A DNA stretch of 64,000 nt from Octopus bimaculoides (GCF_001194135.2 NC_068982.1:157221132-157285131), one strand, 5' to 3'; positions 37,800 through 51,150 are shown, counted from the stretch's first letter. Notes: generated by a model not told the origin, from the sequence alone. Numbers and translations: made by a program.

Positions 37800-38995
37800 T
37801 CAGGTCATCCCGCATATAATGACCTAATTTTAGGTAAAGAAAAACTATGTGTTCTATTCCATGTGAGAATTTGGCTTTAGGATGAACACAACTAAAACCA
37901 ACCCTATGGCTGCGATATGTTGATGACACCTTTATACTCTGGCCCCACCAGGAAGATGTCCAAGTGCTGTTAACTCAATAAAGTCATCCAAACAGTTCAC
38001 AATGGAAAAGGAAAAAGACAATCATTTAGCATTCCTGGACGTATTAATAACACTGCCAGGTATGGATTTAGGACATCTGTGTACCGCAAGCCGACCTTCA
38101 CTGGACTAATACCTTCACTTCAATTCCCACCATTCATACAGTGTAAAGAGAGCGATTGCTCAGTGCTTAAAATATCGAGCAAAGAATATAAGTAGTGATC
38201 GTGATACACACCATGAAGACATAATCAAGCTCAGTAACAATCTATTAAGGAACAACTACCCCCAACACGTACTATCTACTCCAATTATGAAGAAAAGAGA
38301 GGATGAAACCAACAAACTGTCTACAGTCTGTCTACCCTATGTGAAAGGCCTCTCCGAAAAGATACAAAAGATATGCGGTCCATATGACATCAGGACAGTA
38401 TTCAAGAGTAATACAACACATCGCAAATATCTCCTTGGAGAAAAACCACCAATAGAAGGGAATAAGACCAAAAACTGCGTGTACTCCATCCCATGCAGCT
38501 GTGGTAGGTTATTCAAATGCAAAACATGCCGCTCCCTCAAAATAACAGTAGAGGAACATCGCAAAGCTGTGACACGAGGAGATATTGATAAATCAGGTAT
38601 AGCTGATCATATGGAAAAATGGAGACCACTTCTCCTTGTGGATTGAAGTTAAAATAATAGACAGAGAACACCACTGGAAAATACGAAAACTAAAAGAAGC
38701 AGCACATATGCTAGGACACAATAACCTCCTAAGCAGACCGAGTGCAGATATGAACAGCATATGGGAACCGGTATTAAAGAAGGATAGGAGAATATTAGAT
38801 TTATAAGCCCTAAAAATTCGCTACTAACTCCAAGATTCCGAGTTCGATTCCAAGCAGTGACCCGAATAGGAATGAGAACCCAGGTTCGAAATTTCTCCAA
38901 GACACCTGATGAAGGCTGGAAGGTATATCTGCCGAAGCGTTGTGTTAACAACAAAGAAGACGAGGACAAATATGCGTCAAATTTAAACAATGTGG
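37800..38995 (+). mobile_element. Decayed Penelope-like element (RT C-terminus, GIY-YIG endonuclease, 3' pseudo-LTR)
   Basis: LWLRYVDDTF, QFTMEKEKDNHLAFLDVLI, VYRKPTFTG, VCLPYVKGLSEKI and NCVYSIPCSCGR...EEH (GIY-YIG-like), followed by a pLTR with CTGATGAAGG...CCGAAGCGTT. Confidence 0.9.
38901..38946 (+). ncRNA. Degenerate minimal hammerhead ribozyme in the Penelope pLTR
   Basis: GACAC-CTGATGA-A-GGCTG..CTGCC-GAAG-CG-TT-GTGTT. Stem I is intact; stem II has a mismatch and GAAA is changed to GAAG. Confidence 0.55.
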
Positions 38996-39797
38996 TATCA
39001 AGAGGTTCGAAGGCCTGTAAAACTGTCTCGATAATTCACCTTCGTCAGTGGGCGACCTATTTATTTTATTTGCCATCCACTTCTATAAGTGAAATATATG
39101 CCCCAAATTATAGTTTCTATTCTCCCCCTTCTCTCTCCATACAAACTGTTTTAATTTCTAACTCTTCATTTGTATCTCCTAATTCTTGACTTTAAATTTG
39201 TATTATTTGATAAGATAGACACGTACATATATTCACACTTTGTATTTCATACCCAAACTATTATATTTAATATGTTTAGTAAATTTAATGTATTTACTGC
39301 ATCTAATTTGCATCTGTCCCTTTCTCAACTTGATCCCTCTTAATTCCCTTTCTTTACCTTGTGGAAACGGCCTTCGTCGAGCGTATATGCAAGTAGATGA
39401 CAGTTAACCACACGTAGTTTTAATGAATATATTATTCACGTAAAATACAAAGTTCAGATTACAAGAGAAAGAAAGCAGTTAGATATTATTTTTATTTTGG
39501 CAACTGATTCGAGTGAAGTATGGCTGACGACGTAGTCTTGTTCATTACATATTAAAGATCCATAATGTTGCAAGTGTTTAGACTAATGTACGTCCCAATT
39601 GTTCCGTCGGGCAAGGTCAGATAACCCCTCATCCTGAGAATGAGGCAACACAAATCTTTTTCCACTCGACAATCGTCAAACCACACATATTGCAGTTTTA
39701 TCAATATCAAGGAAAACACGGAAAAACCTATTTGATAAATATACATACGTACATACACACATATACCTATCTATCTATCTATCTATCTATCTATCTC

Positions 39798-39839
<42 letters not shown>

Positions 39840-39856
39840 AATCTATCTTAAATAAC

Positions 39857-39968
39857 TGTAGGCACGTGGGATTTCGTTATGCATCCATAATATACTATAA
39901 ATTATGTTAAATGATTTTTATCAGTCAACACCACGTCCTACTGCATAACGAATTTCCACGTGTCTACA
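39857..39968. repeat. Small MITE-like inverted repeat (27-bp arms)
   Basis: TGTAGGCACGTGGGATTTCGTTATGCA (39857-39883) versus TGCATAACGAATTTCCACGTGTCTACA (39942-39968), 24/27 matches. Confidence 0.7.
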
Positions 39969-40210
39969 AGTTCTTAATATTTACATGCAGCACCAGGGAT
40001 GCGTTTAATATGTAAATTGATATATCCAATAATTTCACACTGTTTCATGCGGTGGCTATATAAGCAATGTGTTCGGCGGCAAGAGTAGGTTAGATGAGTG
40101 GTGATAAAGGAACAAAATCCCCTGAAAAAACGACTCGATACAAAAACACTGTAGCAAAAATCGTGCTAGTTGTAATTCCAGTAGAATTAACCGTAACAAA
40201 ATAATATATT

Positions 40211-40243
<33 letters not shown>

Positions 40244-40687
40244 TAAGATGAAAACTCTAGGTAGAAAGACAACAAAGAACACGTGAAAAATCAAACACAA
40301 GACGTTGACAATTCTCGTCACTCATTAGTTATCATCTAAAATTCATAACAATTTCGCGCCATTAACGGTGTATATATATGTATATATNNNNNNNNNNNNN
40401 NNNNNNNNNNNNNNNNNNNNNNNNNNNNNNNNNNNNNNNNNNNNNNNNNNNNNNNNNNNNNNNNNNNNNNNNNNNNNNNNNNNNNNNNNNNNNNNNNNNN
40501 NNNNNNNNNNNNNNNNNNNNNNNNNNNNNNNNNNNNNNNNNNNNNNNNNNNNNNNNNNNNNNNNNNNNNNNNNNNNNNNNNNNNNNNNNNNNNNNNNNNN
40601 NNNNNNNNNNNNNNNNNNNNNNNNNNNNNNNNNNNNNNNNNNNNNNNNNNNNNNNNNNNNNNNNNNNNNNNNNNNNNNNNNNNNNNN

Positions 40688-40724
<37 letters not shown>

Positions 40725-40996
40725 ATGTGTGTGTGTGTGTGCGTGTGTATACATATATGTGTGTGTGTAAGAATGATATAAGACGAGTATGAAGGATATC
40801 GCTCGTTAATAGATGAAAACATTAGGTTTTTGGAAAGAAAAGTAGCTTTAAGTCACTAAGTTTATATACATATACCGTTGTGCAAGATTATACTGTATAA
40901 TTACTAAATAGTTGAATATTGTTCAGCAAAAGCCGTGTGTGGGCGCTTCAACGGGTGGATGTTTCTGAATTTTCTAAGGATACAGTCTACGTTAGA

Positions 40997-41055
<59 letters not shown>

Positions 41056-41814
41056 GACACACAGCCTTACATGTTTTTGTAAGACGAATTAATTACTATT
41101 TAACATTTCATCCAGCACAGTAGCGGTTCTATCAATCGGGAATAGAGTTATTTGATCATCTGAAATCGTATTTCTCAGAATGTTAAACAAAATAGAGAAC
41201 CAGATAACGCTAATTACACTTATCTATCTTTTGATGGTGGAATGAATTTTTGAAATTTGTTTTCTTTCAAATGGCAAGAGAACAAGAATCAAATTATTTT
41301 TATTTATTGCTCAGAAATGTTCCCTAGATTTTGTGGAGAGATTCGTGTTTTTCGTGTTAAGAAAGAATTAAATCTATGAAGTGAAAAAAAAATGGTAGGA
41401 AAGAAAACAAGAATGTAAACATTTTAAAGCAAGCTTATGAACCATTAACGTAATATTCTTAGAACAGAGGATTGGCAAAAACGGCAAAGCATTGAATTCA
41501 GTTAATTGCGTTTTTCTGTCAAACCCAGTGTATGTTAATTAGTTTTGTTATTATCTTGGAAGTGATAACATAAACACCAGTAATTCAAAGTTGTTGGTTG
41601 CTTTGTTTCTACCATTTTTCTGATATACTTTGGCTTTCTACTAAATTTTAAAATATAACTGTTAGATAAATAAATACAGATTGACTGAGTATGATTTGTG
41701 GAGATATTTGGAGGCAGGGAACTATATAACTTCATTAAATCTAGAACTGTGCATCGTTATTACGTAAATGCTTTGTTATATGTCTAAAAAAAGGATAGGA
41801 ACAGGCTGAAACGT

Positions 41815-42010
41815 AAGCGCATCGGAAGAAAAGATTAGTGGCATTTTCTACGGCTTTTTACATTCCGAGCTCAAATACCGCCGAAGTCAACTTTGCCTTT
41901 TATTCTTTCGGTGACGATAAAATAAGTACAAGTTAAGCATTGGAGGTCGAGGTAATAGACTGGCCCTTTCAACCTAACAGCAGGCTTTTTGCCACAAGTT
42001 GAAATCATTA
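41815..42010 (+). mobile_element. Old Meta-like SINE
   Basis: CCGCCGAAGTCAACTTTGCCTTTTATTCTTTCGGTGACGATAAAATAAGTAC. Confidence 0.65.
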
Positions 42011-44364
42011 TATCTCTAAGATTAATCTTTGCTGAGTGAGGGAAGTGATTCAGAAAACCTTTCTCAGGAAGAATCATCATAAACTTAATGTCATCTTACT
42101 CATTGTCGTAAGGAAACAAGTTTAATTAATTGAAAATACTTAAAGGTTGATGAGAAAAATTTGTTCTATCACTAATGCTTCAATATGTTCTTGGAAGGTA
42201 CGTTTGACAACTCCAGACATGTTCGATCCTATTAGATTTATCTAAGCAAATTAAAGCTTTCTCTTTACTAGTGATTAGAAAACGACTATATCGAAATAAA
42301 ATATGTACAAGGGTGGGTCTCAGGGAGACTTTCCCTGCAAGAGAATTCACTCGAAAATGTAAATGCCGTAATAATTTCAGTATTATACCGTGTCTTGGTT
42401 AATCGAACCTGAAAAAAATTTCCGTAGCAGTTATCTGCGGAGAAGTGATTTAATCTCCCAACGACCTTCTTACAAAAATTCAACCATTGAAGCGACGACG
42501 ATACATAAATTGTAGAATCTACTCCTCATAATACATCGGTGTATTAACTTCCATATATTCCTTAGTTGTTAACCTAAGAGGAAATTAATACAGTCAAGTA
42601 TAATTAGTCGATGGGATTTCAGAATCGTTAGAGCATCAATCAAAATGTTTTGTAGTATTTACATAATTACTTACGGTCATTTAATGTTTGAGCTTATATC
42701 TCTTCAAGGATAGGTTGCTTTTCATCTGTCTGGAACTCGTCAAATACTACAAACAACATAATCGACTGTTCCCTTAAAAATTACTAGAGCAAAGTTCAAG
42801 TCGTCTGCATAAAATAAATAAATTGTAATAATGACATGCTCGTAAATATTCACGATCTCTTTGCTTCCCACCTTTTCTCCCCTCCCACTTTCTGCTTCTT
42901 TCTCTTTGCTCCTGTCCTTTCCTACCTACCAAACGACTGTTGATGAATTTAAGATGCTGACATCTGAATTTTAGGCAAGATTTACTTAAACTGTTAAGAT
43001 ACTCAAGCTTTAGTTACATGATGAATAACGCAAACCAAAATAAACGACACCATCAATGGCAATCATCTCAAATGAGCATATTCCTCGCTAAAACGATGAT
43101 TTCTTCTAAGGCAAAGAACTCAGAACTCACCGTCATAATATAGTTTCGTGACTGAGGATTCAGTAGAGTTATATAGTCTTACTATAGTCTTACTATAGTC
43201 TTACTAGACTACTATTTCTGCATAAATTATTTACTTTTCTTTTATGGTTTAGACAGAGTAGAAAGGGCAGAGGCTACAATAATTTTCTGGGCCTCAATGT
43301 ATGATGTATGCATACATCTTCTTCAGCTGGCACTCGTTTTAACTGCGCAGATTGAAGCATATGTACTAAAAACAAAGCATTACTCCATCTAGGTTTTGAA
43401 ACCACGACTTACAGATCATGGGCTGAAAACATGTACCACGTGATGCACAGACACAGCCCTCCACACACACACGCACACAAATACACACGCGTGCACGCGC
43501 ACACACGCACACAAAAACACTCTCGCACATACATATACATATACACAAGAGGGAGTTACTGTAATGACACTGATTCTAAACATCAACAATATGACAGTGA
43601 AAATGCCTCACGGGAAGATTCTTCTAATGCAGTGTAAATGAGTTGAAGGAAATGTATAAATGCTGATTATACGAGTAATTAGTAGATGAAAGACTCCTTC
43701 TGGTGGTGTCGAAAATTTACAAATATCAAGCAAGGGAGGTAAATCAAATAACATCAGATGATGAAAGATACATGTGTACATATACTTTTCTCTAAAAGAA
43801 TACTAATTAAAGAATAAAATATATACAAACAAAAACAGCAAGACACAAGAAAATAAAAGAAACCGAAGTTATAGCTAAAGCTACTAAATGTATAAAGATA
43901 AAAAAAAAATTCTATTACAAAACAAAACCCCTTAACAACGCATCTTTTGCTAAATAACTATTCTCGTTCGATTCCCTTTCCATTCTAGTTTGTTCTTTAT
44001 AATATTGATTCTAGCTGAAATGACGACAATATGTCTATAGCAAACATTGCTCAATGAATACAAGAGCAAAGTTTTAAAGACAAAAACCTAATGCATTTTT
44101 CAATAAACATTGATATTTGTTTAAGGAAGGAGACATCTCAAAAGACTGCTGTGCAAGAACAATACGAACCTGTTGAATGAAATGAAAATTATTCACGAAA
44201 CATAGCGAAATGTGACTTTATCAGTTACAACAAACACCAACCATGTACCACCCGCTACCTCACATCACCATACCACGTTACAACTCCACGTAGCACGACA
44301 CCAGCATCAACACAACATAGGCTTTCGCTTATAATGAAATTCTTCAACGTTATTTCTCTCTCTA

Positions 44365-44432
<68 letters not shown>

Positions 44433-44574
44433 ACTCAATCTCTCTTTCACATAGACACGCACGAACACACACACATACACAAATACACACATGCAGTAGC
44501 CTTTACACTTTAATATCATCAGAACTTCTCCGCCACTCATCTGCTGCTAGTTATATAATTGACCTCATAGATAT

Positions 44575-45028
44575 GGTGTAGCTGTGTGGTAAGAAGCTTA
44601 CTCCCCAACCACGTCATTCCAGGTTCGGTCCCACTGCGCGGCTCCTTGGGCAAGTGTCTACTACTATAGGCACGTACCAACCAATGCCTAGTGAGTGTAT
44701 TTCATGGACGGAAAATGAAAGAAGTTCGTGTTGACCCTCCACGAATACCAAATTTTATTTTGGTTTGCGGGAGCAACTGTTTTTCGAAGGCTCATATTGT
44801 CGCTAATTGCTCGAAATGTGGAGTAGATGAACAGCCGACAACTGATGAAGGGTCGTTCTTTATGTTACTTGATTTGTTTGCCATTTGTTTCTCTCGTTGT
44901 TCGTATACCCATGTTTGCCTCCGCATTTCATGTTGCTTACGTTTTGTGACGTCCTGTACACATATATGCATTTATATATGTGTGTGTGTGTGTGTGTGTA
45001 TGTGTAAATATGTACATATATTTATGTA

Positions 45029-45096
<68 letters not shown>

Positions 45097-45225
45097 TATA
45101 TGTATGTATGTGTGTATGTGTGTGTATATGTCTGTGTTTGTACCCACTAGCCCTTGACAACCGGTGCTGGTGTGTTTACGTCCCTGTAACATAACGGTCC
45201 AGCAAAAGAACCGACAGCAAACGCA
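44575..45225 (+). mobile_element. CORE-like SINE interrupted by a ~230-bp insertion
   Basis: Head GTGTAGCTGTGTGGTAAGAAGCTT...CTTGGGCAAGTGTC; foreign segment at ~44730-44960; (TA)n; tail CTTGACAACCGGTGCTGGTGTGTTTACGTCCC. Confidence 0.75.
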
Positions 45226-45634
45226 AACACATAGATTTCATTCATTGAATTGCGGGACATTACCCGCTCTGGATTGAAAGCTTTCTCACGGGTTTTTCGA
45301 ATCTTCACCGTTGAATTATTCTACGCCAGCTAGATTAATTATGATTTCTACGGTGAAAGGGGACGTAACTCACAATTTGCGAACTTTTTGTTCCTTTCTT
45401 TTTCCGATTATATTTACCTTTTTCTGCACATTCCAGTTTTTGCATCAACCTTCTCGGTTTTTCTATTCACGTGATTTCTCATATGTCAGTCTTTGTTCTA
45501 CAACAGAACTAACCACGTGCCCTGAGTGTGGAGACTTGTTTGAGACAAGCAAACTTGCCTTTTCTTAGTGTCTCTATAACAACAAAGCCTTATTTTAAAT
45601 GTTGTGTACTTTACGTCATACATGTATACATACA

Positions 45635-45672
<38 letters not shown>

Positions 45673-45688
45673 CACAGAGTGAGACAGC

Positions 45689-45754
<66 letters not shown>

Positions 45755-45862
45755 GAGAGAGAGGGTGAGAGAGAAATAGCTATGTATACGTATATTAAAC
45801 GACATTCTTTTCTACCAAGGCAAATACCATTGGACTCTATATTTAAGAGATGGGGAATTATG

Positions 45863-46034
45863 TACATTATTTACAATTGACGGATATTTGTCCTCATCTT
45901 TTTTGCTGTTAACACAACGCTTCGGCTGGAATTTCCCCAAGACACCTGATGAAGGCTGGAGGTTATATCAGCCGAAACGTTTTGTCAACAGCAAACAATA
46001 TGAGGACAAATATCCGTCAATTGTAAATAATGTA
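45863..46034 (+). mobile_element. Solo Penelope pseudo-LTR with partial inverted duplication (66-bp arms)
   Basis: Homologous to 38890-38995. Segment 45863-45928 is the reverse complement of 45969-46034. Confidence 0.8.
45941..45986 (+). ncRNA. Minimal type-I hammerhead ribozyme motif
   Basis: GACAC (stem I)-CTGATGA-A-GGCTG/CAGCC (stem II)-GAAA-CG-TT-TTGTC. Core intact, palindromic ACGT in place of stem III, one stem I mismatch. Confidence 0.65.
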
Positions 46035-46280
46035 AATAATGTATATATACGAGTCAAAATCTTGTCAAATTTCCACCAAACTATTTTTAACCATTGGGCT
46101 TCAACCTTAGCAGTCATACATAATTCTATTTTATTATTTTGTAATTGTTAGATCACAAGATTTCATATCAGTAGCCACGCATCAATTCTTTTTATTATGT
46201 GTGCGTTCTTTTCATGCTTGTTTTGGAATTGCGTTGCAATATGAGTTGAGATTCTATGGTTAATCTTATACTTTTGTGAT

Positions 46281-46443
46281 GAGGTGTCGGTGTGTGGTTA
46301 GAAGCTTGCTTCTCAACCCCAAGTTTCCGGCTTCAGACCCATTCTGTGACACCTTGAGCGGGTGATTGTAATATAGCCTCAGGTCGACTAAAGCCTTGTG
46401 AGTAGATTTGGTAGACGGAAAATGAAAGAAGCCCGTCACGCAC

Positions 46444-46523
<80 letters not shown>

Positions 46524-46770
46524 GTGTGTGTGTGTGTTTGTGTGTTTTTCTGTGTGTTTGTATCTATGTTTGTACCCACTACCGCATTACAACCGGTGTT
46601 GGTGTGTTTAAGTCCCAGTGGTTTAGCAGTTCTACAAAAGAAGGACATAGAATAAGTACCACGCTTTAAAAAAAATAAGTACGGGAGTCGATTCATTCGA
46701 CTAAAAATTCTCCAAAGCGGTGCCCCAGCATGGCCATAATTTAATGATTGAATCAAGTAAAAGATAAAAG
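46281..46770 (+). mobile_element. CORE-like SINE, full length, with internal (CA)/(TA)/(TG) tract
   Basis: Head, CORE-like part, microsatellite at 46445-46560, and tail ending TCAAGTAAAAGATAAAAG. Confidence 0.85.
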
Positions 46771-46784
46771 TACCCAAATATTTC

Positions 46785-46994
46785 TTTTACTCTAGGTACA
46801 AGGCCCAACATTTGGGGGAGGGGATCAATTGACTTGATTAACTTCAGTACGCAACTGGTACTTGATTTATCGACCTCGAAAGGATGAAATGCAAAGTTGA
46901 CCCCGAGGGAATTTGAACTTAGAACGCAAAGACAGACAAAATACCGCTAAGCATTTCGCGCGGCGTGCTAACGTTTATACCAGCTCGCCACCTT
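46785..46994 (-). mobile_element. Meta-like SINE monomer (tail A), full length
   Basis: CTCTAGGTACAAGGCCCAACATTTGGGGG...CCAGCTCGCCACCTT. Confidence 0.85.
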
Positions 46995-47809
46995 AAAAAA
47001 AAACGCATCCAAATATTTACATCTAGTATTTTCTAGCGAAATTGGCTTTAAGTTTCCTGATATAAAGTAATTGCTCTTTGCTGTAAATGCATAGTGAGAC
47101 TATTAAAAAATGTTTTTTAATATTTCCAATTTGTGTAACAACAAAAGTTATGAAATTTCCATCTTTCAGTTTACAATCTAATTTGTAGATTATGTTGGTC
47201 ATTAGTAGATTGGCTTTAGGAATTTTATTGTTCCAAATTATGTGCATAAACTGACATTAAAATATGAAAGATCTGGGACAAAAAGGAAAAAAAAAAAGAA
47301 TAATAATTGAAATCAGTCGTATCTTTAATGAAATTCATCAATATAGATATATTAACGCATACTAGCGAGACTGTGAATATTACATGGAATTCATGGTAAT
47401 ACTATTGGGCTATTTCTGGAAACTGTATCAGAAGTACTCGAAAGCATAGCCTGTGTTGAGTCTGTATGGAATGATAGTCACTCATCTGCTACTCGTTGAA
47501 AAGTGAAACTGGAATACAATGATTACTTAATGCACTTTGTATATACACTCTTTATGCACAATTTTATTAAATTAATACACAGCACTCTTAAAATAGATAT
47601 TCACTCTCATTTTTCCATTTTCCCCATAAAAAAAAAAGAATCCCGTATATATGACACAAATTTTAATTAAATTGCATACATCTGCCACGTAAAGAAATGT
47701 TTCACGGTATTGCACTTATGCGCATTCGTTAAGTGGTAGGTGATATAAAAACTTAGACCGATTTTTTAAGAAATACAATTTTCACTATCCAATCATGTGT
47801 GTGTATATA

Positions 47810-47841
<32 letters not shown>

Positions 47842-47847
<6 letters not shown>

Positions 47848-48518
47848 CATAAATTTATAGGGATTGACAGTAACTTGCTTCTCCAACATACTGAGAATTC
47901 AGAAATAGCAGCCAAAGAACTACTGATTCCAAAACTACAAATTATTACTCTAAATTGATAGCAATATTTTGGATACACACAACAAAAAAACAGTAGAGAA
48001 GAGTAAAAAAACCACTTGCCTTTAGTTAATTTAGTACGATCGTTTCACAGTTAAGAGCAAAGAATACTCTATTCTGATCTTCAGCTAAATATTCTAATAA
48101 ATTTGTTAATGTCTAAATAACTCACGTTAATTTTGACCATGCGACATCAAGACCACGTGAGGAAGACTGACCATGCGACATCAAGACCACGTGAGCAAGA
48201 CGTTGGTCTTGATGTCGCATGGTCAAAATTAACGTGAGTTATTTAGACATTAACAAATTTATTAGAATATTTAGCTGAAGATCAGAATAGAGTATTCTTT
48301 GCTCTTAACTGTGAAACGATCGTACTAAATTAACTAAAGGCAAATGGTTTTTTTACTCTTCTCTACTGTTTTTTGTTCTGTGTGTATCAAAAATATCGCT
48401 ATCAATTTAGAGTAATAATTTGTAGTTTTGGAATCAGTAGTTCTTTGGCTGCTATTTCTGAATTCTCAGTATGTTGGAGAAGCAGGTTACTGTCAATCCC
48501 TATATATTTATGATTATA
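47842..48518. repeat. 677-bp near-perfect palindrome (foldback/MITE-like)
   Basis: Arms 47842-48155 and 48204-48518 are ~98% identical by eye; the 48-bp spacer contains a 34-bp tandem duplication. Confidence 0.95.
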
Positions 48519-48973
48519 AATNNNNNNNNNNNNNNNNNNNNNNNNNNNNNNNNNNNNNNNNNNNNNNNNNNNNNNNNNNNNNNNNNNNNNNNNNNNNNNN
48601 NNNNNNNNNNNNNNNNNNNNNNNNNNNNNNNNNNNNNNNNNNNNNNNNNNNNNNNNNNNNNNNNNNNNNNNNNNNNNNNNNNNNNNNNNNNNNNNNNNNN
48701 NNNNNNNNNNNNNNNNNNNNNNNNNNNNNNNNNNNNNNNNNNNNNNNNNNNNNNNNNNNNNNNNNNNNNNNNNNNNNNNNNNNNNNNNNNNNNNNNNNNN
48801 NNNNNNNNNNNNNNNNNNNNNNNNNNNNNNNNNNNNNNNNNNNNNNNNNNNNNNNNNNNNNNNNNNNNNNNNNNNNNNNNNNNNNNNNNNNNNNNNNNNN
48901 NNNNNNNNNNNNNNNNNNNNNNNNNNNNNNNNNNNNNNNNNNNNNNNNNNNNNNNNNNNNNNNNNNNNNNNNN

Positions 48974-49011
<38 letters not shown>

Positions 49012-50457
49012 GTGACAGATAGATGCATATATACATTCACGCAGAAATGTATGCACACATATATGTGTATGTATATATGTGTGTGTATGTATGTGTGTGT
49101 GTGTGTATACACACACTACAGTCATACATACGTACTGAAAATACAGACATATATCTCCTTTTCTCTGAAACCGCTCGATCTCTATCTCTTACGTACAGTC
49201 TCTCTCACAATCAAACAATTTCAGAATCATGCTCTATCTGTTGTGTATTTATTCCAATACATCCTTTCACACCTTGCTATTGTTATCATTCCGTTTCCTT
49301 GAAGATTTTTGTCTTGTGTTGTACATCAGCTATTACACATTGAATGCATTCACTAAATTAGCGTTAATAACAAAGGTTAGAGACTCAGCGAGAATTCTGA
49401 TCAAAGAAATTTACACACCTCCTGTTGTGGTAACAGATAGTTTCTGTAGAAATCAACATGCCAACTTTCAATAGAGACGCCGAAATGGATCTTTCTTTCT
49501 TTTCATTTATTTAGTTTTTTTTTGTTGTTGTCTTTGCATATAAGTGAAAACGAAAGATGCATACCAATACACAAACATACGCATACGCATACACAGCTAC
49601 AAGCACACGCGCACTCAGGTATAAATGTACCGTTACAAACATACATATAGGTATGCATGTGGATATGTAAATACATATATATGTGTTTGTCTGTGTGTGT
49701 GTGTGTGTATAAACATTTATATATATGTATATATAAGTCTATGTGCATGTCTGTGTATGTGTGTGTGTGTTAGTGTTCGTAACATACGTGGGCACGAAAC
49801 TAGATTTATTTTTAAATCCTTCTATACATACGTTTGCAAAATCACGCAAAATCACGCATACCAAAATGCATATATATATATATATATATANNNNNNNNNN
49901 NNNNNNNNNNNNNNNNNNNNNNNNNNNNNNNNNNNNNNNNNNNNNNNNNNNNNNNNNNNNNNNNNNNNNNNNNNNNNNNNNNNNNNNNNNNNNNNNNNNN
50001 NNNNNNNNNNNNNNNNNNNNNNNNNNNNNNNNNNNNNNNNNNNNNNNNNNNNNNNNNNNNNNNNNNNNNNNNNNNNNNNNNNNNNNNNNNNNNNNNNNNN
50101 NNNNNNNNNNNNNNNNNNNNNNNNNNNNNNNNNNNNNNNNNNNNNNNNNNNNNNNNNNNNNNNNNNNNNNNNNNNNNNNNNNNNNNNNNNNNNNNNNNNN
50201 NNNNNNNNNNNNNNNNNNNNNNNNNNNNNNNNNNNNNNNNNNNNNNNNNNNNNNNNNNNNNNNNNNNNNNNNNNNNNNNNNNNNNNNNNNNNNNNNNNNN
50301 NNNNNNNNNNNNNNNNNNNNNNNNNNNNNNNNNNNNNNNNNNNNNNNNNNNNNNNNNNNNNNNNNNNNNNNNNNNNNNNNNNNNNNNNNNNNNNNNNNNN
50401 NNNNNNNNNNNNNNNNNNNNNNNNNNNNNNNNNNNNNNNNNNNNNNNNNNNNNNNNN

Positions 50458-50510
<53 letters not shown>

Positions 50511-50941
50511 CATACTTAAACAGTAATACAATTTTATAAATCCTAAAGTGTAAGGTATGCAACGAAGTATTTACTGAAGACTAAACAATTGCACAATGAC
50601 TGATCTATACACAATATTTCTAGCGATTAATATATATACATACAACCTACGTTCACACTCACACATAGATTTGACTGTACGCTCTTATTTTTGTGCGTGT
50701 ATATATTCGATGAAGTTTAACTGTTTTGGATTTCTGTACGTAAACAAAGATTTTGTCATCCTCTATACATTGATACGTATATGTTAGTGTTTCCGTTTGT
50801 TGTGTGTGATGCATGTTCATGTACACGCGTGCGCACACACGCACACTCACACAAACGCATTGGCTCACGCACGCACATATAAACGCACAAACGTGCAGGC
50901 GCGCACACAGGCACCCATATAAATATGTGTGTGTGTGTGTG

Positions 50942-51008
<67 letters not shown>

Positions 51009-51099
51009 ATATATAGATATATATATATTTATATATATATATACATATCGATATGTATATATATTCACACACACACACACACACATACACACGCGCGCG

Positions 51100-51150
<51 letters not shown>

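Noticed and set aside
43172-43204. 11-bp unit TATAGTCTTAC x3 as a CRISPR-like or regulatory array
   Set aside because: Simple slippage repeat with no spacers, in a eukaryotic context.
45303-45358. Hairpin TTCACCGT...ACGGTGAA as a miRNA candidate
   Set aside because: The arms are asymmetric by ~7 nt and the AT-rich stem is weak.
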